Shown: positions 30,631-39,824 of the stretch, in pieces
How the letters are laid out: the number at the start of each line of letters is the position of its first letter
Position numbering within the stretch: position 1 is the stretch's first letter
Program-made: the position numbers and the translations under genes
From: Candidatus Atabeyarchaeum deiterrae
Lineage (GTDB): Archaea; Asgardarchaeota; Atabeyarchaeia; Atabeyarchaeales; Atabeyarchaeaceae
NCBI GenBank assembly: GCA_037310415.1
Contig: CP147780.1
Span: forward strand, 1,472,001 to 1,536,000
Direction of reading: 5' to 3'
Length of the DNA stretch: 64,000 bases
Notes under the pieces: generated by a model
What the model was told of the DNA's origin: nothing
Seen by the model: the letters and a program-made list of their open reading frames with translations, nothing else
Databases searched by the model: none

Positions 30631-32079
30631 CTAGAGTTTTAGTCCTGCTGCAACGCGCTTGCCAAACTCGGCGTCGGCTTTTGTAAGGTTTGCAACCATG
30701 CGTTGTTGAATCTGCTTGGTCGCTTTTCCAAGAGGATCAACTATGTTGTCAACAAGATGGTCTTGTTCTACTTTGCTCAGTGAATGGTAGCGTTCGCCTG
30801 CTTGCTGGAAGTCGTTGGCGAGGCTGATCTTCTTGCGCACCATGTCGCCTTCTAGATGGGGGTGACTCACGATGATGCTCGGTGTTTCATGTGGCATTCC
30901 ATCCGCCAATGTATTTGGTTCGTAGTTAACCGTTCCTCCGCCGTATGGTGCATATTGCATGAAGCCGTCACGCTGGTTGTTGTCAACTGGTACTTTCGGT
31001 TGGTTTATTGGAATCTGTAAGTAGTTTGGGCCGAGCCTGTGTCGTTGTGTGTCCGCATAGCTGAAGATTCTACCTTGCAGGAGTTTATCAGCAGAGAGCT
31101 CTATTCCTGGCACGATTGAGGCGGGGCAGAAGGCAGCTTGCTCTGTTTCGGCGAAGAAGTTTTCTGGGTTGCGGTCCAGCACCATCTTGCCTACTGGCAT
31201 CAGCGGGAACTTGGTCTCAGGCCACGTCTTCGTAGGGTCAAGCGGGTCGAACTCCTGCTTCAATTCGTCAGCAATCTCCATGATTTGAACGTTCAATTCG
31301 TATTCTACAGTCTTGCCCGATGCGATTGTGTCATGCAGGTCTCGGGTTGCGACGTCCGGGTCTTCACCGGCGAGGCGGGTTGATTCGTGGCGGTCGATTG
31401 TTTCTATTCCTGCCATTGGCTTCCAATGATACTTGATATAGACGGTTTTGCCTTCCGCGTTCACCCACTTGTAGGTGTTCACACCGAATCCTTCCATTTT
31501 TCTGTAGCTCTTGACTGTTCCTCGATCGGAGAATAGCCAAGTTATCATGTGGGTCGACTCAGGTGTCAACGAGATGAAATCCCAGAAACGACTGTTCGCT
31601 GACGAGCTAGTGGGTATGCCTGTGTCAGGCGCAGGTTTAAAGGCATGCACCATGTCAGGGAACTTGATAGCGTCTCGAATGAAGAACACTGGCAGATTAT
31701 TGCCTACCAGATCGTAGTTCCCGTCTTCGGTGTAGAACTTCGTCGCAAAACCCCTAGGATCGCGTGCCGAATCAGCCGATCCTCGGGAGCCTACTACAGT
31801 GGAGAAACGGACGAAAACCGGTGTTTTCTTCTTCGGGTCCTGAAGGAATTTCGCGCAGGTGTACTTCGCCATACTCTTATAGACTTGGAAGTAGCCGTGG
31901 GCACCGGCGCCCTTGGCGTGCACTACACGCTCTGGAATGCGCTCACGGTCGAAGTGAGCGAGTTTCTCAATGAGGTGCACATCTTGTAGTAGAACGGGAC
32001 CACGTTCGCCGACTGTGAGTGAATTCTGGTTGTCGCTGACAGGAACTCCTTGATTCGTGGTAAGTTGCTTTTCTTTCAT
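30631..32079 (-). CDS. katA: monofunctional heme catalase (small subunit)
   Basis: FDRERIPERVVHAKG (distal His), VGNNLPVFF (Asn) and RIFSYADTQRHR (proximal Tyr). Confidence 0.96.
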   Translation of the reverse strand: MKEKQLTTNQGVPVSDNQNSLTVGERGPVLLQDVHLIEKLAHFDRERIPERVVHAKGAGAHGYFQVYKSMAKYTCAKFLQDPKKKTPVFVRFSTVVGSRGSADSARDPRGFATKFYTEDGNYDLVGNNLPVFFIRDAIKFPDMVHAFKPAPDTGIPTSSSANSRFWDFISLTPESTHMITWLFSDRGTVKSYRKMEGFGVNTYKWVNAEGKTVYIKYHWKPMAGIETIDRHESTRLAGEDPDVATRDLHDTIASGKTVEYELNVQIMEIADELKQEFDPLDPTKTWPETKFPLMPVGKMVLDRNPENFFAETEQAAFCPASIVPGIELSADKLLQGRIFSYADTQRHRLGPNYLQIPINQPKVPVDNNQRDGFMQYAPYGGGTVNYEPNTLADGMPHETPSIIVSHPHLEGDMVRKKISLANDFQQAGERYHSLSKVEQDHLVDNIVDPLGKATKQIQQRMVANLTKADAEFGKRVAAGLKL

Positions 32080-32146
32080 TTTTCTCGATATCCTCCTCTC
32101 TTTCTGTATCCTTGCTTAAGGACTAATACGAAAGCTTATTTAAGAC

Positions 32147-32163
32147 CTATTATTACCTAATAG
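32147..32163. promoter_or_regulatory. AT-rich palindrome in the katA/fur divergent promoter, candidate Fur/PerR box
   Basis: CTATTA-TTACC-TAATAG just downstream of BRE/TATA (GAAAGCTTATTTAA). Confidence 0.4.
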
Positions 32164-32639
32164 TGACTATGAACGAATACAGGGAATCTGACCTATCAAT
32201 AATCGAGGCTTTCCGCAAGAAAGGATACAGAGCCACTCCACAGCGGATCGCGATTTGCCGACTCGCCCTCCACACTCGACAACATCCAAGCGCACAAACA
32301 ATATACCAAGAAGTAAAAACACTTTTCCCAACAGTCAGTCTTGCAACAGTTTACAAAACTCTCCAGACCCTGAGTGAACTCGGTTTAATCCAAGAACTGG
32401 ATTTCCCGCAGAGTAGGGCTAGATTCGATTCCTACATGAAACCTCACATAAACCTTGTGTGCACGCAATGTGGCAGCATCAAGGATCTAGAAGATGGCAC
32501 TGCACGGGAATTAGTCGACAAGGTCACTTCAGCCGCAAAATTCACCACGACAGGACAGCGCCTCGACATATATGGCATTTGTGATTCCTGTCGCAAAAAG
32601 GGAAGATCGATCCCAGTCGCAACTGCTTTAGGTGAATAG
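32163..32639 (+). CDS. Fur-family regulator, PerR-like
   Basis: TPQRIAI, HPSA, SLATVYKTL, RFD, HINLVCTQCG and GICDSC; divergent from catalase. Confidence 0.9.
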   Translation: MTMNEYRESDLSIIEAFRKKGYRATPQRIAICRLALHTRQHPSAQTIYQEVKTLFPTVSLATVYKTLQTLSELGLIQELDFPQSRARFDSYMKPHINLVCTQCGSIKDLEDGTARELVDKVTSAAKFTTTGQRLDIYGICDSCRKKGRSIPVATALGE

Positions 32640-32755
32640 AATTCTTGCACTTAGCTATGTTTGGGTCCTGTTCTCCCACAGGCTTCTTTTTGTTTGATTT
32701 CAGTAGTTGACTCTACAGTTGTCTGAGGTTAGGAGGTGCACTCAACCAGTCTGAG

Positions 32756-33883
32756 CTAGAGCGGAAGCAGAATCATACTCTCTGGAGGCAGTAGCTTGTT
32801 GATCTGCGCGAATACCAACATTGGTATACCCATTTTCATCAAATTAGGAAGAGAGAAACTTCTCTCAAGGGCCTCGTTTGTGGCGAATCTTCTGTTCTGC
32901 TTCTTTGCATTCTTTTCAATCGTGTGAACAATGCCTTTCGTGTACCGTTGATAAGGTTGGATAGCTGGGCGGCCGGTCTCTTCAGCTTTAGCGATTGACC
33001 TTGCAGCCAGTCGTCCGCTCAGAGCCGCGTTGTCCATGCCGAGTCCACGATAAAGGTCAATGAAGCCAGCCGCGTCTCCTGTCATTAGCAGGTTTCCGTG
33101 GCCCAGATAAATGCCAGTTCCCAACGGTGAGGTGAAACCTTCCTTCTTAACAGTTTTCCCGCGGAGACGGTACTTATCCTTAACGTGTTTGAAGAATCGG
33201 TTGGCATACCCCATAGGATCTTGGTCTTTGTCTGAACCTGTGCCTATGACCCACATGTCGTCTTTGAGGTACACCCATGCAAACATGACAGGACAGAAAT
33301 CTCGATTGTTGAACATGTAGAGGGTGTTGGGATCCAAGTCACCTTCCCCAGCGAAGTAGAAGTTTACCGCAGCCCCAGAGACTCTTTTCCCAAAATCCAT
33401 CGGTCGAAGCCTTCTTCTTATTCTGGAGTTGGGTCCGTCGGCACCAATGAGATACCGAGTCTTGATCTCTTTCTCTCCGTCTTTTGCAAGGATCTTAACC
33501 TTGAAACACCCAGGGTGCTCGTGGAAGTCCATGAATATGGTTTCATCTCGGAAATCTGCTCCAGCATCAGATGCCAACTCGTTTAGCCAATTGTCAAACG
33601 TCGATCTCCAGAAGTTAAGCATTTTCATTCCCGTTCTAAAAGAACGCCCGCTGGGCGTTATCATCTCCACTTTGGTAAGCTCATTGGAGCATAGTTTTTC
33701 CTTCGGTATGGGTTTGCCTACAAGCTTCTCAAAGAAGCCAAATTGAATCCCTGAGCAAGGTTTGTTTCTTGGGGTCTTGAACCTCTCGATGAGTAGCGTC
33801 TTAAATCCATATCCAGCTGAGAACCTCGCGGCGACAGAGCCAGCTATGCCGCCACCAACCACGACAACATCATAGTCTTTCAT
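32756..33883 (-). CDS. geranylgeranyl reductase-family FAD oxidoreductase
   Basis: VVGGGIAGS, KPCSG, IGADG and GDAAG...GLGM. Confidence 0.85.
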   Translation of the reverse strand: MKDYDVVVVGGGIAGSVAARFSAGYGFKTLLIERFKTPRNKPCSGIQFGFFEKLVGKPIPKEKLCSNELTKVEMITPSGRSFRTGMKMLNFWRSTFDNWLNELASDAGADFRDETIFMDFHEHPGCFKVKILAKDGEKEIKTRYLIGADGPNSRIRRRLRPMDFGKRVSGAAVNFYFAGEGDLDPNTLYMFNNRDFCPVMFAWVYLKDDMWVIGTGSDKDQDPMGYANRFFKHVKDKYRLRGKTVKKEGFTSPLGTGIYLGHGNLLMTGDAAGFIDLYRGLGMDNAALSGRLAARSIAKAEETGRPAIQPYQRYTKGIVHTIEKNAKKQNRRFATNEALERSFSLPNLMKMGIPMLVFAQINKLLPPESMILLPL

Positions 33884-34113
33884 GGTCTCTCTTCTCTGTG
33901 GGGAATGCTTCTACTTCTGAGGGTGCACGGTCTCTCCCGTTATATAAAGTTTGATAAGAGATATCAAAGCGTACGGAGTCACAGGTTGCAATTGTTATTC
34001 CGACGCCACGGAAAGACTTCAATACTCGGCAGAATTTGAGCCTGGTTCTCCTAACACTATAGACAACGCTTTATGGAATTGATGACAGGGGTACATAGTG
34101 GAGGCTTGGGATT

Positions 34114-34524
34114 TTGAGTTTCAGATTTATCTACACCGGAATAAGAGTCAAGAATATGGATGAGTCAATCAGGTTCTACACTGAGGTTTTGGGAATGAGA
34201 GTTGCGGAAAAACGTGAAAGAATGGAACCGACTAAAGGCGAAGTAGTCACTCTGAAGAGCTCGAACTCCAATCAACTTTTGGAACTGAATTACTGCGAAG
34301 AAGAGAGCCCATTCTACGCTGCGTATCTGAATGGCGAAGATCTTGATCATCTAGCCTTTGATGTTGAGAATTTGGAGAGTTCTGTTTCAACCTTGAAGAG
34401 AAAAGGTGTTGAGGTAGCTGTTGAACCGTACCAGATTGGCGGGTGGAGAGAGGCTTTCGTGAAGGATCCAAACGGTATCTGGATAGAACTTCTTCAGAGA
34501 AGACAAGTCCATGCTCCACCATGA
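34114..34524 (+). CDS. VOC (glyoxalase) family protein
   Basis: YTGIRV..MDESIRFY, LELNY, DHLAF and KDPNGIWIEL. Confidence 0.9.
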   Translation: MSFRFIYTGIRVKNMDESIRFYTEVLGMRVAEKRERMEPTKGEVVTLKSSNSNQLLELNYCEEESPFYAAYLNGEDLDHLAFDVENLESSVSTLKRKGVEVAVEPYQIGGWREAFVKDPNGIWIELLQRRQVHAPP

Positions 34525-34867
34525 GCACCTGAGAAAGACAAGTCGATAGGACGGACCGCGACCTTTGTAGCAGAAAAGGCGCTCCGGAGCAAGATGGGGA
34601 ACTAAGACCCCAATACCTGTAGGTATTTGGCACCGAAAGACTCAAAGACTCGACGGCATTGATTCTGATTCCCCTGAGGCTCTTCCATGTGTTTTGGTGT
34701 CGGAGGCAAAGCGCGACCCGAGTCATCTAGTGCAAGGTCAATTAACTATCTATGGTTCTCGACCAAGGTTCTACTTCTCGCCTCTGGCATCAAGGATGCT
34801 GGCGTAAGTATCCTATCATGCCAACACTTATATTCTATAACTATAACTACTCTAGGTGATGATTCCC

Positions 34868-35068
34868 ATGCCGACAACAGTTCAAGTATCAGAGAAAACG
34901 CTCCAGATGCTCAATGAGCTCAAGGAAGAAATGAGGGCGCGAAGCCATGATGAAGTCATAAAGAAGCTCATTACCAAGAGAAAGAAGATCCCAAGCTCGA
35001 TGTTTGGCTCTAATAAGAAACTGAAACCTTTCTCAAGTGAGGATGAGGCTGAAAGTCATGAGCTATAA
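34868..35068 (+). CDS. VapB-type antitoxin (RHH-like)
   Basis: MPTTVQVSEKTLQMLNELK..SHDEVIKKLI; GGTGA RBS; overlaps the start of the PIN gene. Confidence 0.8.
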   Translation: MPTTVQVSEKTLQMLNELKEEMRARSHDEVIKKLITKRKKIPSSMFGSNKKLKPFSSEDEAESHEL

Positions 35069-35467
35069 ATATGTCATAGACTCATACGCATGGATGGAGT
35101 ACTTTAGAGCCTCTCAAGCCGGAGAAGTTGCAAGACAGTACATAGAGAGCGAGGAGTCAGCCACACCAACAATAGTGGTCTCCGAAATCAGCAGGAAGCT
35201 TTTGGGAGAGATCGACCTTGGAAATGAAAGCCAAGAGGGGAGGCTCAAGCGCTTGGCGTTCATAAGAGCAACCACCTACGTGATAGACTTGATTTCAAGA
35301 TTGCGGTCGAAGCAGGTGAAATCGATCCCTTCATGAAAAAGAGTAGGCGCGGCTGGGGACTGGCAGACTCGATAGTTCTCTGCACTGCAAAGGTCACCAA
35401 AGCAAGAGTAGTTACCGGCGACGAGCATTTCAAGGGACTCAATGAAACTATCTTCATCAGACACTAG
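35058..35467 (+). pseudogene. VapC PIN-domain toxin with a 1-nt frameshift near 35289
   Basis: N-half YVIDSYAWMEY...VVSEI; the C-half (DFKIAVEAGEI...WGLADSIV...VVTGDEHF) continues in the -1 frame to TAG at 35467. Confidence 0.82.
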
Positions 35468-35886
35468 CAAGCACGTCTAAACTGAAGCCAATCCAGCACG
35501 TGCTTCAATGGTTGAAGAATTCGCTCTGCAATATGGGCAAGAGTAAAAGGGAGACGGCACCGAAAGGCTCAAATACCAATGTTTTTACTAATCTGAAAAG
35601 GCAGCTTTCGTTTCAGACTTGCTTGGGGTGAGTTACTGTTGGCTTGGAGGGATATACAAACCATCGGCTAATGCTTACAAGCTTCTTTTGCCCGGTGGCT
35701 ACTCCGCCAAACGTGGTCTACAAGGTCCTCAAGTAGGTTTTTATGCGTTCTCTGTTGAGATCTCTTGTTCTCATTCAAGTCACGTCAGAATGCAGATTGA
35801 GAAAAGCTCAGCAGAGGCTATCGCAGCGATCAAACTGGGAGAGAAGAGTAGAAGAGATCTAGAGATTTGGGAGATGGCATGACAAA

Positions 35887-37806
35887 ATGTCGAAAAGAAG
35901 CAAGGAATCCAGTTCGGTGGAACTCACGTTTCCAGACGGATCAAGGAAACAACATCGTAGTGGGATAACGCCACTCGAAGTTGCCAACGAGATAGGCCAC
36001 CGGCTTGCAGCAGACGCCATAGCAGCGAAACTCGACGGTGTTCCAGTTGACCTTAACACACCAATCGAAAAGAACAGTAAATTCGAGATTCTTACCTTTG
36101 ATTCAAAGGATGGAAAAGAGGTTCTTAGGCACTCAGCAGCGCATGTGCTAGCCCACGCAGTGACCGAACTCTACCATGATGCTCTCCCAACAATAGGACC
36201 CGCTGTTGAAGACGGATTCTACTATGACTTCGACATGAAGCCTCTAAGCTCGGATGACCTGGCTAAGGTTGAGGCAAAGGTTAAGGAAATCATCAAAGCT
36301 GACCTACAGTTCAAGAGGATCATGGTACCAAAAAAGAAGGCACTTGAACTCTTCAAAGGCAACAGATACAAGGTTGAACTCATCAATGAACATGCCGGAG
36401 AAGAAGTCTCAATTTACCAACAAGGCGAATTCAAAGACTTCTGCAGAGGCCCGCATGTTCTAGGCACAGGAAAAATCGGAGCAATCAAACTCACGAAGGT
36501 TGCAGGGGCATATTGGCGCGGCGACGCAAAGAACCAACAACTTCAGAGACTCTATGGAATCGCCTTTCCCACCGAGAAAATGCTAAAAGAATATATCCAC
36601 ATGCTCGAAGAAGCAGAGAAAAGGGATCATAGGAAGCTCGGACGCGAACTTGAACTATTCAGCTTCCACGAAGAAGGACCGGGAATGCCTTTCTTCCTGC
36701 CCAGAGGACTATTCTTGAAGAACAAACTCATCGAACTTGAAAGAGAAGAACATAGGAAAAGAGGCTACGTGGAAATACTAACTCCCCAGATACTCAGCGA
36801 TAGCCTGTGGAAGCAATCAGGGCACCTTGACTGGTATAAGCAGAATATGTACTTCACCGAAATCGAGGGAGCACAATTTGTAGTAAAGCCAATGAATTGC
36901 CCAGGAGCAATGCTGGTCTACAATGAAAGAAAACATAGTTACCGTGAATTACCAGTACGAATAGCTGAATTTGGTATAGTACATAGGCACGAGCTTTCAG
37001 GAACGTTATCAGGTCTCTTCAGAGTAAGAACCTTCACACAGGATGATGCCCATCTTATCTTTGCCCCGGAGCAGGCTAGAGCTGAGATAACCAGCTTAAT
37101 TGACTTCATTGCGCATATGTACAGGATTTTTGGCTTCGACTTCCATGTAGAACTTAGCACGAGGCCCGCTGGATCGATAGGATCAGACGATGCTTGGGAG
37201 ACGGCTACGAATGGGCTCAAGGACGCACTTGAATCCAAGAAGATGAGGTACAAGATCAACCCAGGAGAGGGAGCTTTCTACGGGCCGAAGGTTGACTTCC
37301 ACATCAAGGATGCCATAGGAAGGACTTGGCAATGCGCAACAATTCAGCTGGACATGAACTTTCCTGAAAGATTTGACTTGAAATACGTCGGTGAAGATGG
37401 GAGGGAGCATCGCTGCGTCATGATCCATAGAGTGATCTATGGAAGCCTGGAGCGATTCATTGGAATACTCATTGAGCACTACGCAGGTAAGCTACCGCTC
37501 TGGCTGAGTCCGCTCCAAGTTGTATTGATCAATGTGGCTGAGAGACACTCTGAGGCATGCATGAAACTGAAGGAGAAACTTGAAGGGAACGGGTTGCAGG
37601 TGCACGCTGACTTACGAAACGAAACGGTGGAAGCGAAGGTAAGAGATGCTCATCTCCAAAAAGCAAACTACATTCTCGTCGTAGGCGACAGAGAAGTTCA
37701 AGAAGGTACGGTCACGCCCAGAACAAGAGACAATGTCGTACAAGGTGCGCTGAAGATCGACGAATTCGTTGAGAGGATCAGCAAAGAGATCAAGGAAAGA
37801 AAGTAG
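35887..37806 (+). CDS. thrS: threonine--tRNA ligase, bacterial/eukaryotic type (TGS plus editing domain)
   Basis: TFPDG, HSAAHVLA, DFCRGPH, RDHRKLG, KPMNCP, FTQDDAH, GAFYGPK and HRVIYGSLERF. Confidence 0.97.
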   Translation: MSKRSKESSSVELTFPDGSRKQHRSGITPLEVANEIGHRLAADAIAAKLDGVPVDLNTPIEKNSKFEILTFDSKDGKEVLRHSAAHVLAHAVTELYHDALPTIGPAVEDGFYYDFDMKPLSSDDLAKVEAKVKEIIKADLQFKRIMVPKKKALELFKGNRYKVELINEHAGEEVSIYQQGEFKDFCRGPHVLGTGKIGAIKLTKVAGAYWRGDAKNQQLQRLYGIAFPTEKMLKEYIHMLEEAEKRDHRKLGRELELFSFHEEGPGMPFFLPRGLFLKNKLIELEREEHRKRGYVEILTPQILSDSLWKQSGHLDWYKQNMYFTEIEGAQFVVKPMNCPGAMLVYNERKHSYRELPVRIAEFGIVHRHELSGTLSGLFRVRTFTQDDAHLIFAPEQARAEITSLIDFIAHMYRIFGFDFHVELSTRPAGSIGSDDAWETATNGLKDALESKKMRYKINPGEGAFYGPKVDFHIKDAIGRTWQCATIQLDMNFPERFDLKYVGEDGREHRCVMIHRVIYGSLERFIGILIEHYAGKLPLWLSPLQVVLINVAERHSEACMKLKEKLEGNGLQVHADLRNETVEAKVRDAHLQKANYILVVGDREVQEGTVTPRTRDNVVQGALKIDEFVERISKEIKERK

Positions 37807-37934
37807 AAACTGATCGGGCCTTATTGCGGTGAGCTTCAGGTTAGCTCTCCACTTTTTTGTTATGTTCTATTCAACAAAACTCTTAAGTTGCGGGTTAGCT
37901 CTCCGTAGCTTCGAGGAACGGGAAGGTAGACACC

Positions 37935-38786
37935 ATGGAACTCAATGCCCTAGTAGAGAAACTGAAAGGTTTTGGCTTAATGGAAAATGAGGCGAAAGTC
38001 TACCTTATGCTTGTTCTGAAAGGACCGCTCAGGCCGAGTGAGATTTCTGAGAATAGCGGAGTTGCCAGAGCCGAGGTTCACAGACACCTCCGATCGCTTC
38101 AGAAGACAGGCTTTTGTGTGGTCGTTGCCAGCGAAGGCAAAAGATACTCAGCAATCCCTCCCGACGTAGCGCTCGGTTCCGTCATTGAAGAAGAGGAAAA
38201 CAGACGCGACCTTATGACCAAGAAGAAAGAGGATATACTGTCCAAGTGGAATGCTACACAGCATCCTATTGTGCTGACCGAAAGTTGGCAACAGAAACTC
38301 CAGATCATAACTGATGGTCAGGTGGCGCTTGAACGAGGGATTAGGCTAATAGCTGCCACTAAATCACTTGCAAGAATGATCCTGCATGAAATGACTCTTA
38401 GGAGCTATTTCTCTTCCAGAAGTCTCCAACGTGTCGACTTTCTTAAAATGCTTGGCGAGGGAGATCCTAAATCGCTGGCAGAGATGCGAGTTCTTCTTGT
38501 CTCGACAGCGGAGAAGAAAGACGATCTTAGAAGCATGTTGGCGAATGTTGAGATACCATCAAACATAATATTCAAATTCGTCTCTTCGCTGGTTCTGGAG
38601 TCCCTGCCAGACGCCTTGATTATCGATGAGAACGATTTGCTGATCCATATTGTCCCAACAAAGAAATCAGAATATGTTACTTCCAAAGGCAGGCAAGCCG
38701 AGGCCATCGTAACTAATGTCTCATCAATGATAAAACCGTTCATTATTATCTTCGATGAAAACTGGGACAGGGCGACTGGCCTGTAA
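37935..38786 (+). CDS. TrmB-family transcriptional regulator
   Basis: FGLMENEAKVYL...SGVARAEVHRHLRSLQKTG wHTH; C-terminal effector-like domain ending FDENW. Confidence 0.82.
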   Translation: MELNALVEKLKGFGLMENEAKVYLMLVLKGPLRPSEISENSGVARAEVHRHLRSLQKTGFCVVVASEGKRYSAIPPDVALGSVIEEEENRRDLMTKKKEDILSKWNATQHPIVLTESWQQKLQIITDGQVALERGIRLIAATKSLARMILHEMTLRSYFSSRSLQRVDFLKMLGEGDPKSLAEMRVLLVSTAEKKDDLRSMLANVEIPSNIIFKFVSSLVLESLPDALIIDENDLLIHIVPTKKSEYVTSKGRQAEAIVTNVSSMIKPFIIIFDENWDRATGL

Positions 38787-39005
38787 ACTGATAGGAATTC
38801 GAGTGGTCCTTCTTTGAGAGGCAATCGACATGTTGCTGGAGATCACGGCGTTGAAAGTATCTTCGATGACAGTAATACGGAGTGATTCCCGAGCAGAAGA
38901 CCTGCTCCATGTGTCAGTGGAGAATTCTTTTTTGCCGTCCGAAAGCTGAAATAGGAAGATAGTTGCATGTTGAATCAGACAATCGCTACTGAGGGTCACT
39001 AAACC

Positions 39006-39791
39006 TTGGATCTTGGAGACTTCGAGGATCAGCTAGTGTTTTATGGCTTATCGAAGAAAGAGGCAAAGATATACCTCTACTTGCTGAAGAGCGGGGCCGC
39101 GGAAGTCTTAGAGATATCACGTGGATTAGACATCACTAGGGCAGACATCTACAAGCACCTCAACGAACTTGAAGGAAAAGGGATTTGCAGGGAGATACTC
39201 AGCCACCCCACCAAATTCGAGGCATCTCCGCTGAATGTGACGCTAGAGACACTCATACTCAAACAAAAGGAAAAGACCGAGACACTTTCAAACGTGAAGG
39301 ACGAGGTCGTTTCCGCCTTGGGAAAAGTATCACTGCCGACGCCAGAACCGAAGTTTCAGATCCTGCAAGGTAGAGAGCCGACAACTAACAAGATTAGAAG
39401 AATAAGAAGAAGCTCCAACGATGTTGTTATCTACGTCCGAGAAAGAACACTAACATTCCTTCACACCCTTGGGCTGCTCGACGTAAGCCGAATAGCACCA
39501 GGACTTTCAATAAGGATCTTGTCAAGGCTGACACCCAAGACTATGAAGATAGTCGAAGAATGTGGACACTGCCGGTTCAGAAACATCCGTGAGGATTTGG
39601 ACATGGGTCTGCCAGAATTCGCGGTCTTCGACAAAAAAGAAGCCTTGGTAGCGCTGTCAGCAAGTGACAAGAGTGCTATAATTGATAAGGACGAGTTGGC
39701 ACTTTGGAGTGATAGTCACGCTCCAGTAATGCTACTAGTTGCGCTCTTCGAGAAGATGTGGGAGAATGGAGAAGAACTGAACCCCAAATGA
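39006..39791 (+). CDS. TrmB-family transcriptional regulator
   Basis: YGLSKKEAKIYL...ITRADIYKHLNELEGKG, P.KFEA, VFDKKEAL and FEKMW. Confidence 0.85.
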   Translation: MDLGDFEDQLVFYGLSKKEAKIYLYLLKSGAAEVLEISRGLDITRADIYKHLNELEGKGICREILSHPTKFEASPLNVTLETLILKQKEKTETLSNVKDEVVSALGKVSLPTPEPKFQILQGREPTTNKIRRIRRSSNDVVIYVRERTLTFLHTLGLLDVSRIAPGLSIRILSRLTPKTMKIVEECGHCRFRNIREDLDMGLPEFAVFDKKEALVALSASDKSAIIDKDELALWSDSHAPVMLLVALFEKMWENGEELNPK

Positions 39792-39824
39792 AAATGCCAT
39801 CAATGCATTCTTCTTTTAGAGTCC

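Noticed and set aside
35619-35882. 87-aa ORF or possible T-box-like leader upstream of thrS
   Set aside because: No recognisable protein motif and no T-box consensus was found.
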